This document shows positions 37,890 to 52,238 of a DNA stretch of 64,000 nt, in pieces. Position numbers and translations under genes: made by a program. Within the stretch, counting starts at the first letter, position 1. Each line of letters opens with the position of its first letter. The notes under the pieces were generated by a model. That model did no database searches, was not told where the DNA came from, and was given only the letters and a program-made list of their open reading frames with translations. Origin of the DNA: Epiperipatus broadwayi (lineage: Eukaryota > Animalia > Onychophora); the NCBI GenBank assembly GCA_028023455.1, contig JAQFVV010000008.1:5952001-6016000 (forward strand), in the 5' to 3' direction.

Positions 37890-39900
37890 TGATGATGATG
37901 ATGATGATGATTATAATGATGATAACAATAATATTAATAATAATAATTCTTATTATTGTTCAATTTAGTCTATGACATAAAACAAAGTACATAACAATTA
38001 TTTGAAAACTCCAAACAAGAAAAATCTTGTGCAAGAAGTTTACATGAAAAAGTAACAAATTAAAAAAAAATACAACAAAATATCAGTACAAAAAAAACAG
38101 TTTAACAAATTAATTAAAATAAATAAAATAAATATAAAAATAGGAATATAAATAAATGCCAAAATTAATACATACTACACAACCACTGACATAAATACTT
38201 TTTGAAAGATACATGAGAAATATTATTCAAATCAATTGAATACTCATACATAAATTTATTAAGTAACTTTGAACCAGAATAGACATATTGTCCTCTACTA
38301 GATTCCTTAAAAAATTTTGATACAACTAATTGAAATTTATTAGAAATATAAGTATTTAGAACAGAAACTCTGGAATACAGAAAAAGTTTAGTACAAAAAA
38401 TATCAAAAATAATTCTATATTGATATAAGTAATTTACGTCAAATAAACCATGCTCAATAAAGATATCATGAACAGAAGAGGAATAAGATCTACCAAAGAT
38501 AATGTATAAAGTATAATTTTGTAAAACTCACAAGGAAAATATAATATATGGAGAAGTATTGTTCTTAATAATGATATTATAGGATAAAATACCTTGATAA
38601 CAAGCAATATAAATAAAAAGATGACCTAGAAAGAAATTTAGCTAAATAATAAAACATATAATTTAAATTACATAACCATTTACAAAGATAGGTAATATGG
38701 TTTGTCCAGGACAATCTGGAGTCAAAATATATTTCTAAATAATAATAATTATTTACGAAAAAAATATTCTTACAAGTACATATATTATTAAAATGCAAAA
38801 TATACTTACAGCAAATTTTAATCTTAAGAGAGAAAAAAGCATGTCTATAAAAAAAATAAACAGCCTTTGCTTTATCCAAATTTATAAATAACATATATGC
38901 CAGCCATTTACTAATTAAATCCAAATCTTCATTCACTATTTCTTCAAGACAATTATAAAAAGCAGCATTACAGGATAAGACAATATCATCAGCAAAAACA
39001 AAAATCTTAGATTGTAGTTGCAGAGAAAATAAATCATTAATGTAAATTAAAAACAACAGAGGATGAAGTATTAAACACTGTGGGACTCCATAATTAATTA
39101 ATATCACATCATTGACAATACCATAAACATTAGTTTTCTATCTTTTAAATAACTCTCCAGCCAATAACTAAGAGAACCATGAAAACCATACAAATAACAA
39201 TGCTTAATCAAAATATTGTGATTAACAGAATCAAATGCTTTAGATAAATCAAGATAAATAGCCAATGTTTTAAGTTCAAAATCTAGTGAAGATGTTAAAT
39301 AATGAACGTGATGTTTTAAAGCATCTAATATACTTCTACCAGGAACAAATTTATTTTTGAACAAAAATGACAATATTTGGTCCTTAACAATCATTTCCAA
39401 TAATTTACAAAAAAGAGAAATAATAGCCATTGGCCTATAATTAACCATAAGAGTAGAATTACCCTTTTTATAAATAGAAGTAATAACATTAACTTTCAAA
39501 TATTCTGGAAATGATTCAGAATGCAAAGATAAATTAAATAAATAATAATAATAAAAATGGCTTAAATTTTTTATTCTTTTCTTAGGGCTATCACTTCAGA
39601 TTTAGGCTCCTTTAATTCCTTTGAAATAGTTTCTATCTCTGCTTTCAAATCTTTTAAGCTAGTGTCTAATTTGACTTCAAGAGCCTCAAAATTCTTTGAG
39701 TGAGCATCAAATTTTTCTTCTATTTTATCATTTACTGACTTTAACTCAACCTTTAAATCCTTTGTATTAGCATCCATCTTTAGCAAAATTATCTAAAATA
39801 ACTTTCAAAATATTGAGAGTATCTAGGCCACTAATCTCAGATACACCCAACATATTATCATTGGTATCAACCATAATATGTAATAATAAAATTAATCTAC
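37890..39900 (-). mobile_element. Internally deleted CR1/L2-group LINE remnant
   Basis: Coiled-coil ORF1 start (39786-39571) directly followed by RT: YRPMAIISLFCKLLE, LDLSKAFDSVNH, YGVPQ...LLFLIYINDL, FADD. (ATT)n/(CAT)n tail near 37890-37955. Confidence 0.8.
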
Positions 39901-41099
39901 TCTAGAATTTATATATATATATATACATAAAATTTTAACTTATATTTTTCAAAATTCACTTAAAGATAATTATTCAAAGTTTTCTATCTCCTGCTGTTAT
40001 CTAAAAAAAATTACCCCACAAAATATGCATATATAATGAAAAAAAAGAATAAACAACTTTATCCTTATGTGTTTCTATCTATCCCTGGAGACTAAATTCT
40101 TAACTTCTAAATCTCATATCTTTAAGTATTATTTCAAAAGCATTTCCAAAAAAACAAAACAGATAATACCAGGTGTCAAAAAATATATGATTTTACAGTA
40201 AATTGACTTAAGATTACAGAAATCACTTATTGGGTTGTAAAAGTTAAATGACTAAACTCAATAATACTGAAACTTTTAATTTTGAGGTCTTGAAATTGAA
40301 AGTGCCCAATCATAACTGACAGGATGTAGGAAAGATTTTGATTTGATAATATCCCATGAATTTGGGTGATATATTGTAAGTGTATAAATGGGAGGAAGTT
40401 CTCTTAATAATGCCCTAAACATTTAAGCATCAAAATTGTAAATCTATGAATGGCGACATTTAATTGTGACAATAAATAAATGAAAAAAGAGAAACTTTAT
40501 TACTTTACATGCCAAATTGTAACAGTAAATGTGAACTGGATAAGTTAAATTCTTAATAATAAAGTGATAAATCAAGCTTATTTCTAAGTTATAAATCTCT
40601 AATTTCAAAATTAACTATTAAAATATATCAACGAGATTCAAAATTACTTTTAAATATAATTCAGAAACAAAGGGGATGTTTTATTGAATCTGGATTATAT
40701 TTTGAAGAAAAAATAAATACAGATAATTTATATTTAATATCCTAATCGTCTAACACTCAGTAATATAATTTCTTTATTAAAGCTTAAACAAGTAATCAAA
40801 ATAGTGTTTCAGTGTTCTCAGAATAAAATGAGTACATTAATAAAATCAAGCATTATACCATGATCCACAAGTGTAGAATGTAGTCTTAAAAGAAAAATAA
40901 AGAAAATCAATCTTTTAAATAAAATAATTAGTTCATATTTTATTTATAAATATATGTGAGGATGATATTAAAACAAAAATAGTAATAATAATATCAATTT
41001 CATCACACGGACTTTTTAATCAATCTATGAACATTACATTTTAAATAACATACACTATTCATATGTTTGTATAGGATGTATTTTATATCTCATAGATAA

Positions 41100-41480
41100 A
41101 GATTATATATATAATAATTCAAATAAATCTATTTAATACAGTATCTTATCCTTTTTATATCTACTAATCACTAAATCATTAGCTTTTTCCGCATTAATAT
41201 TTGTATACATTGAAACCATCTATTTTTGCTATTGTTAATATATAATTATTATATTCTTAATTTCATTTATTAAAATCTTATTATTCATAATATATGAACT
41301 TAACAATCAGTATTAATATATTTTTAAACCATTATTTGTCAACCATTTACAAACTTTATTGAAATAAGAATTACAACCATTAATAATTGGTCTCAATAGC
41401 ATCCCTTCTTTGTAAATTTTCAATGCTCCATAACTGCTGAAATTTCAAAAAGAAAAATTTTGTTTCGAGTGAATCTTATA
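41100..41480 (-). mobile_element. Penelope-like RT fragment
   Basis: Minus strand YGALKIYKEGMLLRPIINGCNS and VSMYTNI resemble PLE RT motifs YGLPKIHK...RPI and SLFTNI. Confidence 0.55.
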
Positions 41481-42271
41481 AAACTTGTAGATAAAAATAG
41501 AAGGGAAATGGTGCTTTACAAAGGTTGGCTTTGAAAGAAAATGTAAAAAATAAGTTGAATGAATTAAATCAGAAATTTTGAAAGTGTATCTGAAGAAAAA
41601 TTACCTTCATTAAGAAATAAGTCTGAGATAATATAAAGAATGTGAAAAAATATTGAAAATAATTTTAAAAAATAAATATTTAAAATTACTTTAGAAATAT
41701 CATGAAAAATAAAGAGCACTGGAAAAAAGATTAAGGCTGATAGGAGAGACTTATATATTATAAATAATTGGTTAGTGTCATGTCATGTGACCATCTCATG
41801 GTACTGATAATTTGTTAGTTATAAAATAATACCATTATGCCAATGTTTATTCTATAGTATTCTCTAAATATTTCAAGTTTTCCAGTAAACTGATAGAGTC
41901 AATTCTATTTTGTCTTGTGATAAAATCTTTTATCAGTCCATATTTTAAAACATTGTAGTCTTTTGTATTAAAGTGGATCATCTAATTGAACATTTTATTT
42001 ATGTTATGAGCTGAAATAAAATTTTAAACAAATTCTATATTAATTTTGTTATAAATGTACTATTTTATGGATTATATTATAATTTACCATTCTATGACTT
42101 CATATTTTTTTATTATATACTAAATTAAAATTTGATTGCTACGTTGTGATTATTGTGAAGAAAAAGAAAATAAAAACAAATTTAATAACATTAAATTTTA
42201 AATCCTTTAAAATGTGGATTATTTTACTGCATATATAATAATGATATATTTTTTCTTTTATTAATTTTAAG

Positions 42272-42313
42272 CGTATTGTCAGAAAGGTTAATGAAAGAGA
42301 TGCAAGGTATCAG
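42272..42313 (+). CDS. TRPC: TRPC-family 42-nt microexon
   Basis: Acceptor TTTTAAG at 42270-71 and donor CAG|GTGAGT. Encodes RIVRKVNERDARYQ, which joins ...WKSLK to AVMRNLVKRY in frame. Confidence 0.8.
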
Positions 42314-44504
42314 GTGAGTAAAATGCATTTTCCTATTTTAGAAACAAAAAAGTTGCATGTAAAATACAACAAAAATGTAAACAAATTTTTTTTATTTATT
42401 TAACAACTATAATAATTATGATTTATAAATCATAAGATTGATTAATTAATTTTTTTTTTAAATTCATAATATACATATACTAACTATAAGTTATTGGAAG
42501 TTTTAATTTTTCTTATATTCTTTAGGAAATTTTCTTACAAGTAACAAGTTGAAAATTATTAGTGTAGTTTTGTTTAATTGCTGCTTTACAATGTTCCACT
42601 AGTAAGATAAAATTGAGAAATATTATATTTTATATTTAACCTCAAAAAAATCGCACATAATGCTAGATTTGCTATTTGTAGGCATACTATATGAGATTCA
42701 TTTGAAATCAAACATTTTTTTATTAAACTTATCTAAGCAACAAGCATAGAAGCAAAATGTTAAATGTCTATGGGGGGGGGGCATTTAATTTGATAGCTTC
42801 AAAACTTTATTGTTTTATACACAAGGTAACAAACACATATCTATTAAAAAATGCATTACTATGTATTTATTGATGCCATTATAATGGAACTTATCACATA
42901 AATAAATGAAACAATGGCTGTGATCACTCTGTGTATAAGGTATTTTTCAGAAAAGCAGGTCTGTTGAAATCTGAAGAATTACGTAGTTATAGGCACAATT
43001 TTAATTATCATTAAAGATAGAACATTATTGTATTTCATCTAATGCTTAATAAGAATTGTCATTAAATAAATTTATTGTTAATCATAAATGTTTTTATATA
43101 AATAGATAAATGTGGGGGGGACTAAGGTATGAGTAATCACCAATTATAGTTAGCTTTGCATTTCATATTTTTAATGAACTTTTGATGTGATTAGCAGATT
43201 AAGGTAAAAATAAAGACTATAAAAAAAAAAAGAATTAAAAGCAGGACAAAAGATCCAAAAGGGAAAACGTTGATAAAGCCATAAATGTTTAAGAGTTTAG
43301 TAATCAGTTGAAAACCTGGTAAGTAAAAAGCTTTTCTTGTTAAAACAGCTAATCCATTTATCTGCCTATTATGACCATGACCTGGATTTCAAATCTTAGT
43401 GAATATTGAAAATTTAAGGCAATTATCTTCATAACATCCATTGCATCTGTTGTCCTTTTTATCACCATAATTCTCGTCTGCCTATTCTGTCAATTCAATG
43501 ATGTCAGACAGTTTAGACAAATTGCCTCCAAACCATTTTCTTCTCTGCCTTCCTGTAAACCATCAAAATTGTCAATTCGCTATATTCCATAATATTATCC
43601 TTCCATGCCCATGATGGTCAACCTCTTCCTCTTGATTCATTTACATACCAATAAAAATGGTATCTAGACATCTATTACTATGGCATAAAATAAGAAAAAA
43701 ATTAAATCTTCATTGTCTAGCAATTATTATTCTTGTAAATTTTGTGTTCTCCTTCATTATTCACTTGTTAGAGGAATCTGGAAAGGTTTTTATCCTGCAC
43801 TGAACTATGTAAGGCTGTTCTACTTTTACCAAATAATAAATATTTAAAAATTTATTAAATGCTTATAAAATTTATTTTTACTACTCCATCATATCACAGT
43901 CTTATAAAGATCATCCATCACTATGTCACAAAAATCAAACTAAAAAATAAACTGGTTTGATTCAAAATGAAATTATTTAACTTAAAAAATGCTATAAATT
44001 TATAAATACTGTATTGCTTTTACAAAGTACAATAAAAACATGACAAAAATAACTCATCAATTCTTGACAAAATTCAGACACATATATTTGCTTATATATC
44101 TTTAATTTGGAGTTATTATTATTTCTGCTAGCTTGAAATACTTTCCACAGCTAATGCACATTTTATTTCCCTTATTTAAAAATCATTTGTAATTATTATT
44201 TGTAATATAACAATTAACATTGTTAGTTTTAATACTAATAATGATATTACTATTTGAATTTTGTTTCAATTTTAATATTATTATTTGTCATGTGCATCTT
44301 GACATATCACTGAGTACTTTTCCAATATCAAATACTCTAGTTTTATTCTTTAATTATCTATAAGTATTATATTATCTTAATCCAGATGTCAATTGTCTTC
44401 CTTCTCAATTTATCATTTTTAGTTATTAGTATTTTAAACATTGCATTAAATCAATCCACTCATCACAGATAATTTAAAAAAACAAACAAAATAAGAATGT
44501 CAGT

Positions 44505-44605
44505 GTCTTGCATTGGTGGTCGAGAGATCAGCACGCTTGCACTTGCAGGCAGTTGCCCGGGTTGTGGGTTCACGTCCCGGCCGATGCTATGACACTTAAA
44601 AAAAA
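44505..44605 (+). mobile_element. Short tRNA-Gly-derived SINE with poly(A) and TSD
   Basis: GCATTGGTGG...GGGTTCACGTCCCGGCCGATGC, then TGACAC and an A tail. Flanked by direct repeat AAAATAAGAATGT (44488-44500, 44606-44618). Confidence 0.8.
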
Positions 44606-45459
44606 AAAATAAGAATGTTAGTAAAAATATATCATTCAAAAATTTTATAAAATAATATTAGAAATCATCGCTATCTAAAAACTTTTATTCCTGCTTTTTT
44701 TTTTACAAGAATAGCATAATGAAGTTTGATACTTAAATAAAAGAACTGAAAAAGATATTAGTAAAGATTTACAAAAAATTAAAAAGAAAATGGAAAATTA
44801 AAAGACAATCTTAAAACAGACACGTAATTAATGATCACAGAAATGGATCATTGATAAAAATTTATAAAGAAATTAAGAACAGATAAGCAATAATAGGAAA
44901 TGAAAGGTAGGGAATATTGAATACATTATAGTAAATGAAATCAGACAAAACATTTGGAATGGTGTGGACATGTAAAGAGGATATTTCAGGAAACATTACA
45001 AAAAACAAAACCTTAACTGGAAATTATTGGAAAAGTAAGAAAAAGGACATCAAAGAAGAAATTGATGGAAAAAAATAAAGCACTTAAAGAAACTTATCAG
45101 GAAAATGTATCACTCAATAGAGATATGTTGATTACAAAATATATATTGTAAAAGATTATAGACCAATAAAAAAAGAAGCATATTCATCATGTATATTTTT
45201 CACATACAAACACCACACATATAGTCATCCAAAACAAAACTATTGAAATGACTGTGACATAATAAAATGAGAGACCATAAATAAGTAACATTACATGAAA
45301 GAAAAACATCTGACGGAATTTTTATTGCATCTTTTTTATATTTCTGATGAAGTTCTCTGCTAAGTATGAAATAAAATATAAAATATTTCTAAAGATAGTG
45401 GAAATTTTTTATGAAATTCTTTAGTTTTATTTAAATTTATTTTCAAGCCTTTCTTTTGT

Positions 45460-47560
45460 CTGGTGATTACAGGTGATATGCAAATCATCAGGTATTGTTG
45501 CACAGACAACAATATAATCTGAACCATAACAGAGGACTTTCTTGATAATTATCATTTAAATTGTCTATTTTTAAAGCATTAATCAATATTCATTTACAAT
45601 CAAAAGCAACTTGATAATCATTTATGTCCTAACAAATCCCATTGCGCTGAAAAGGTAGAGGAATATGGATACACAAAATGCTTTTGATCAGATCAAGCAA
45701 CATTTTAAAATTATCTTGAGAGACTTTAAGACTAAAGTTGGAAAATTATTAAAAGATAAAAATGCTGTGGGTATATTTGATTGTGGTGATAGAAATGAGA
45801 GGGGATACAGACTTGTGGAATTTGTAGAAAATCTGTATACCATGAATTCTTTCAATAAAAATGTAATGAAAATAAATATAGAAGTATGCAAATGAAGATA
45901 TAACAGAATTTGATATTTTGTTTAACAGATACTATGTATTTCAAGACTGTAATATTTTTAACAAATTCAATACAGAAAGTGATCGATTAGTAACATGTAA
46001 TGTAAAACTAAAGAGAGGAAAATGTAAGAAAAACATTATAAACCCTTGTTAATTCTAATCTAAAAAAAACCTCAATGAATTTAAATTAGAACTTACAAAT
46101 TGTTTTAAAATATGAACAGATTTTAAAGATGGCTTAAACTTGAATGGAATCAGTAGGAAAATAACTGATTCACTGTTAAAAACTGCAACAAAGAGCTAAT
46201 ACAAAAAAGTAATAATTTATCAGTAAACTTTTTACAGAGATATGGCAATGCATGAAGAAAAAAAGGAATATGAAAATATTTTTAAATGATTCAGTAAAAA
46301 AATATATATTCAGATTTTTATAAAATGGTATGAAAGAGTTAATAATAAAAAATTATGCAATCATGAATTGGCAAATTATTCTGAAATAAAAAAGAATGGA
46401 AATATTACTTAAAAAAGAAATATGAAGAATTCTATAAAGAATTATATAGTAATAAAGAACAAGAAAGCAAAATATCCCCTACAGTTATTAAATCTATGAA
46501 GAAAGGAAAAGCTGATTTAGCATAATGAATCATATCCAAGTTTTGAAAAAGATTATAGAAAATATCAATGAAAATAAGTTGCCATTATGCTTTGGATTTG
46601 TAGATTATGACAAGGCATTTGATTGTATCAGCATTTGTGCATTAATTAAAGCTTTGGATCATAAAGATATAAACCTGGAATATTATTCTGAAAAATATTT
46701 ATCAAAATGCAATAGTATCTGTTATGTTACATGCGTACTAAGAAGTTTAACATTGAAAAGTGTTGACATGGTGATTCCATATCTCCAAATTTTTTTTACA
46801 GAAATCTTGCAACTAGTATTTTGTGGATTAAAATGGGAATCTAAGAAAATAAATGGAAATTATTTGTCATTTAGATTTTAGTGATAATGTAATTATTTTT
46901 GAAAATAATGCTTCAGAGTTCCAGGAAATGTTGCAAGAGTTTTCAGATGAAAGTAAAAAAGTAAGAATAAAAAAAGTAAGGTTCACTGGATTTTCTTAGA
47001 AGAGAAAAATAAATATTGATAATGATGAATTAAAAGAATTTAACAATTAGGCATAGTTTGGTCAGATTATTGAAGCAGATGAGAGCATTAATGGATGGAA
47101 TTAGTCAAAGAATTAAACTTGAATAGAGGACTAAGCAGCAACCTAATATTAAAAGAAAATCTGCCTATTTATTTGAAAAAAGTTTTTAATAGATATTTTT
47201 AATAGTTATGTTTTACTACTTTTTACTTATAGATCTGACATTTAGACACATAACAGAGATTTATGGTAAAAGTAACAAGAAGAGATCAAAAATGAAATAC
47301 AAGGATGAGAAAACAAACTGGTTATTACTGCCATCATTAAAAAAAATTTAAAAAACTAAAACTCAGCTGAGCTGGGCATATTTCTAGAAAAAATGATAAT
47401 GAATAGACAGTTGAAATCCTAATCCAAATTTTAAGACATTGTAAAAAAACTAGAAAGAGACCACGTTTGATAGATGGATGAAGTAAGAAAATTTGCTGGT
47501 AGATTAAACTTGGAGACCTTTATCCTGAAGTGGATTGATGATGATTGAAAATGATGATGA
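45460..47560 (+). mobile_element. Degenerate RTE-clade LINE
   Basis: APE RDFKTKVG...RNERGYRLVEF; RT LCFGFVDYDKAFD and GLKWE...NGNYLSFRF; 3' end GGAGACCTTTATCCTGAAGTGGA followed by a (TGA)n tail. Confidence 0.8.
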
Positions 47561-49364
47561 AAATTCAGTATTAATCCTTATATCAGTCCAATCATTATAT
47601 TGTAAAATATATTCAATTTTTACATGCTTTTATTGGATTCATGCATTTGTATATGTTTAATACAACTTAGCCCAGCTGAGGTCTAGATTTTGATATTACT
47701 AAATATTCTTTTTAAATTAATCTTTTTATATATACTTATACACATATATTCTGAAAAGATTATTTATAAAGAATTGAGCAACTATTTTTATCATCATACA
47801 CATAGCAATATGAGCTGAATCATTTTTTTTTTAAATGGTGTTTAAAAAAAGGCATTGTATTACTTTTTTTTTTAATTTCAGGTCTGTTTTGATAGTCTTG
47901 TCAATTCAAGTTGTATTATATATTTTAGGTATCTAATGTTAAAATTTCATTAATAGCGTGTTAAACATATTAACACTTGGTTGGAAAATCTAGATCTTCA
48001 AAATAAATCACGATAAAATTTTGCTCAAAATCAAGTTTTAGATCGCATTATTATTTAATGCCTTACAGGAAAAATGATAATATTGTCACGTGGTTTAAGT
48101 AACTGAATTTTTACTAGGAAAACAAAATGTAAATATTTTTGTTTACATAACTGAGAACAAAATGTTCATTACAGATTTTCTGAATATTTTTTTAATCTGA
48201 AAATGGAAATAAGTTATTTATATAATAATTTTCAGTGACTTGTTTGTATATATATATGCACAGCTAATACTCATAAAAATTTGTCACTATGAAGAAAATG
48301 TCAAGCAAATGAAAACCGATGAGCAATTTATGCATATAATGAAAGCAATCAATTTCAAACATGTTTTAAAAGATATGACCAAAATCTTTAAAGAAAGGTT
48401 TAAGTCAAATGAAGCAATGTAAAATTTTCAAGAATAGGAGATCTGTTGACAGTAGATAATTCAGAGAATGTAATAAGGGATTTACATAAAACAGCTTAAT
48501 TCACACATTAAATCAAAGCATGTGGAGTTGTAAGAATAATTTGATTATGATTAACAAAATTGATTAATATAAGATTCAGCTATCAGCTATATTGGTCAGT
48601 GGAGCCAATCAGATGACTATTTCAAAAAGCATTAAGTAAATTATAGCAATGATAAAGAATAGTCAACAAACTGAAGACGAGTAAAAGCAAATCTAAGTTT
48701 AATAAAAAAAAATTAGAGATGACTTACATTGATTATAAATCATGGAAAGATAACAAATGTGGTAATGGAAATAGCTCATGTTTAGAAATGAGTTAAAGTT
48801 TGATCCAATGCATAGAGCTGATATAAGTATTATTTGCAAGCATTGTGCATCTTTGACATGGTAGCATTTACAATAACAGGATGCACATTGCTGGACAATT
48901 TCCATCAAGATAACCCACATTTTGTAAATTCACATTTAGGATCTATGAAGAATTTAAAGACATTCTTTTGCGGTTAAACTTTTATATTGTATCTACAAAT
49001 ATCCTTTAATTTTTTCTTAAATAATATTTTTAAAAATGATAACATATCTCACAAAATATCATTAGAACTTTGAAGGAAGGTTTGTGCTGACATCATTTTA
49101 CTTGTAATTATACATTGGAATATTTCTATTTATTTGCTCAAATTGTGAATGGCTTTAGAAGAATTCCAATAATATTTAAAACATTCAATTATTAATAATA
49201 ACTTACAAGTTAATACAGGTGCTACATTTTAAGTGATATTTTTTCCCCAGAAGATAGTGATAGCGTTAACATGGAGATAGAACTAATAATATTTAGTAAA
49301 TAAAGTCATACATCACATAGCTTAATTTGATAAGCTTGTAATTATAAACTAAATAAAGAGTGTG

Positions 49365-49588
49365 CTAATAGCTCTAACAAGCTTTATCGATAAATGCCAC
49401 AAGAGAAAGCATTTAAAATCTCTATCTAGAAATTTTCTCAATCCTAGACAGGTTTTTAGCTACTGGCTTTCCTTAGTGGGGAAATCCAATAGCTAGAAAC
49501 CAGTCTGGGGCTGGGGATAATTTCTAAATAGAGATTTTAAATGGTTTCTCTTGCAGCATTTCTTGATAAAGCTTGTTAGAGCTATTAG
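49365..49588. repeat. Fold-back element (~110-bp arms, ~6-bp loop)
   Basis: CTAATAGCTCTAACAAGCTTTATC...TTTCC is the imperfect reverse complement of GGAAA...GATAAAGCTTGTTAGAGCTATTAG. Confidence 0.88.
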
Positions 49589-49789
49589 TTTAATATTTAC
49601 ATTTGTGAATACTGAATTTAAGATGATATTCTAAAGGGGCTATTCTGCCAAAAGCTAAAGTCAGTAAAAATTTTATATACTTATTTATGGAGATCTATCT
49701 AATTTCTTTATTATTTTTTCAAGGACAAAATTAATTATTTTCAAACATTATGGGTAACTGTGTGTGAATGATTTTTTTTCTAATAGAAA

Positions 49790-50230
49790 ACCATAACAGA
49801 CAAAATGAATTTATGACTGTTATTTCCAGGGGATATAAAATCCATCAGCCAAGGTAACAGCTGGCAACTAAAGGTGGAGCTTATTAAAAATCCTTTATGG
49901 TGGATTCAGACATTCAATGATGGCTTTTTTATTTAAGTATTTACAACTGCAAGTCATTTTCAGCAAAGGAATATTGTATGAATTAGAAGAATTGTTAAAT
50001 ATTAAATGGGACATTGTTAGGCTTTGTGAAGTTAAAAAGAAAGATAAAGAAACAATTGATTTAAAAAATAGACAAATAAAGTTTGTTAGGCTTTGTGAAG
50101 TTAAAAAGAAAGATGAAGAAACAATTGATTTAAAAAATAGACAAATACTTTATTACAAGGGCATAAATATTAAAAGCACAAATGGAATGGAATTCATTGC
50201 AAGTGAAAGAACAATATAAATGATATCAAA
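49790..50230 (+). mobile_element. RTE-clade LINE 5' fragment (APE N-terminus) with 69-bp tandem duplication
   Basis: ELEELLNIKWDIVRLCEVKK is an APE N-terminal motif. A 69-bp unit repeats at 50014 and 50083. Confidence 0.7.
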
Positions 50231-50418
50231 TGCAGACAATTCAGGTATATATTCCAAAAAGTTCTCTTTGTAATAAAGGATTTTTATATGGATGTTCAAA
50301 ATGCCTTTAATCATACCAAATGACATTTTAAAATTGTCACGACTTTAATGATAGATTTGATAAATGATTGAAAGATGAAAATGTTGTGAGATTTGTGAAG
50401 TTTGCAGGAAAAAAACTA

Positions 50419-51268
50419 TATAAGGTCTGACTCTTAAGTTTTCAAACTCATCCTAGAAAAAGTGCTACATAGCTTATAGGTGAAAATCACAATGATCACC
50501 TTTGAAATACACTTCTTGCAAAACAATTCACCAAGAAGTTTTGCAACTCTTTTTCTGGAATGGCCATCAGAACTGTCATACTGCCCATAATGTCTTGACT
50601 GTTGTCAAAATCTCTTCCTTTTAATATTTCTTTTATCTTCAGATAATAAAAAAATGGATATCGGGTCAATTGAATGAGGAGGGTATTTCTATACAGTTAT
50701 TTGGGCAAAAACTCCCTCCCAGACAGTAAGTTTTTTGTAAACACCTTTCTTATGTCAAGATTTGCTACTAAGATTTCCTTAAATGTTTCTCTACCAAGGT
50801 TTACTTGATGTGATATACTACTCTCATCAGTTGAACAATTTTAATGCACAATCCAATGAATTTTAGCAATGTTTTCATCAGTTCTGCGCATTACTAGCTG
50901 TTATGACATATCTATATCAGTAATGCTTTCTCCTCAAAAAAATGTTTAATCCATTTGTATACTGCTTTTTCTTTATGGCACAATCCCAATGGAATGACAT
51001 GTCCCTGATTTCAATTCTACTCTTTCCAACTTTAATATTTGTTCACTGCTCCAAATGCAAGTTATGGCAGTCTCACATTGGCATGCAAAAACACTCAACA
51101 ATAATAATAATGAATGCCTCTCAGCAAGACAATATCATAAATTGGAAAGAACATAGATATGAGACACAGATGTAATAAGGTTATGAAACTTTACAGAGTT
51201 GTTTGTACAATAGTGCCAATATAAGAGCACAGTGGCAAGTTCCTAAATTTATTTGTCAGATCTCCATA
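50419..51268 (-). mobile_element. Internally deleted, degenerate mariner transposon
   Basis: Minus strand AVYKWIKHF, RTDENIAKI and C-terminal AIPEK...VYFKGD. Decayed TIRs TA-TAAGGTCTGAC and GTCAGATCTCCA-TA. Confidence 0.7.
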
Positions 51269-52238
51269 CCATGATTTTTTTTAAAAAGTGTTAAACAGCA
51301 TCTAAATGAGGTACAGCAGAATTGTATTGTATTTTGCCTAATAGAAAATATGTATTTCAAAATTGTAATGTTTTTAATAAATTCACATGGAAGTAATCAT
51401 CACTTAGTGAGATATAACATATGTGTTTGTGCACGAAAATTATTCAGTAAATGTAAATTAGAACTTGCAAATTATTTTGAAATATTAACAGATTTTGAAG
51501 ATGGTTCAGACTTGAATGAAATCAATAAGATAAATGATACATTATTAAAAAGTGCAACATAACTATTGCAAACAATCAGCAACTTATGAGTGAATTTTCT
51601 GCTAAAATAGTACAATGTAAGAAGAAAAGAATATGAAAAAATATTTTAAAATGATTTCTTAAAAAGAATTGAATAACTAGTTTGTAAAATGGTATGAAAA
51701 GAGCACATTGATATTGCATAAAAATTATTTCTGAAATGAGAAAAGAGAGATAATATAAAATGTGTGGAAGAATTCTATAATAATTGGATTGTAATAAAAA
51801 ACACCTAACTAACTGCTTTCTCATTATCCTTTTAACTGTGAACATTAATTTTATACCTTTGCATTATAATCAGAAGTTTGGGTTAAAATATGAGTTTAAT
51901 AGCTCTATGATCTTAGAAAAAGTTAACTTGAAGGGATGAACTGTTACTGCTTTTGAATGCAAAACCTGATAGGTTGCAAGCCCACACACATTTACCAATC
52001 TTGCCACCATTTGGTTTTGATTTCATTAGAGATGATAAAAAGTTGAAGTCTGGATATCTTTATGGGCACCCAGAATCAAACTCATCAAGTGAACCTATTC
52101 AATCCATGGTTGGATTTTCAAACTTCCAAAGGTCTTAAAAGAATAATCATTATTTTATTATACATTACATTCAGTTACAGTAAATTCTTAGGCTGATGAC
52201 TTGAAACAATGAATGTCACAGTTATTATCAGAATATCA

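Noticed and set aside
45338-45380. CTGATGA...GAAA hammerhead-like string
   Set aside because: The intervening sequence does not form stem II and there is no NUH/stem III; flanking pairing is only A/T.
49815-49880. Possible HDV-like ribozyme in the RTE 5' UTR
   Set aside because: Only a nested hairpin (TCCATC/GGTGGA, GCCA/TGGC) could be drawn; the double pseudoknot could not be built.
52193-52220. CTGATGA-CTT-GAAA-CAATGAATGTC hammerhead-like string
   Set aside because: No stem II and no stem I pairing; no associated PLE sequence; likely chance.
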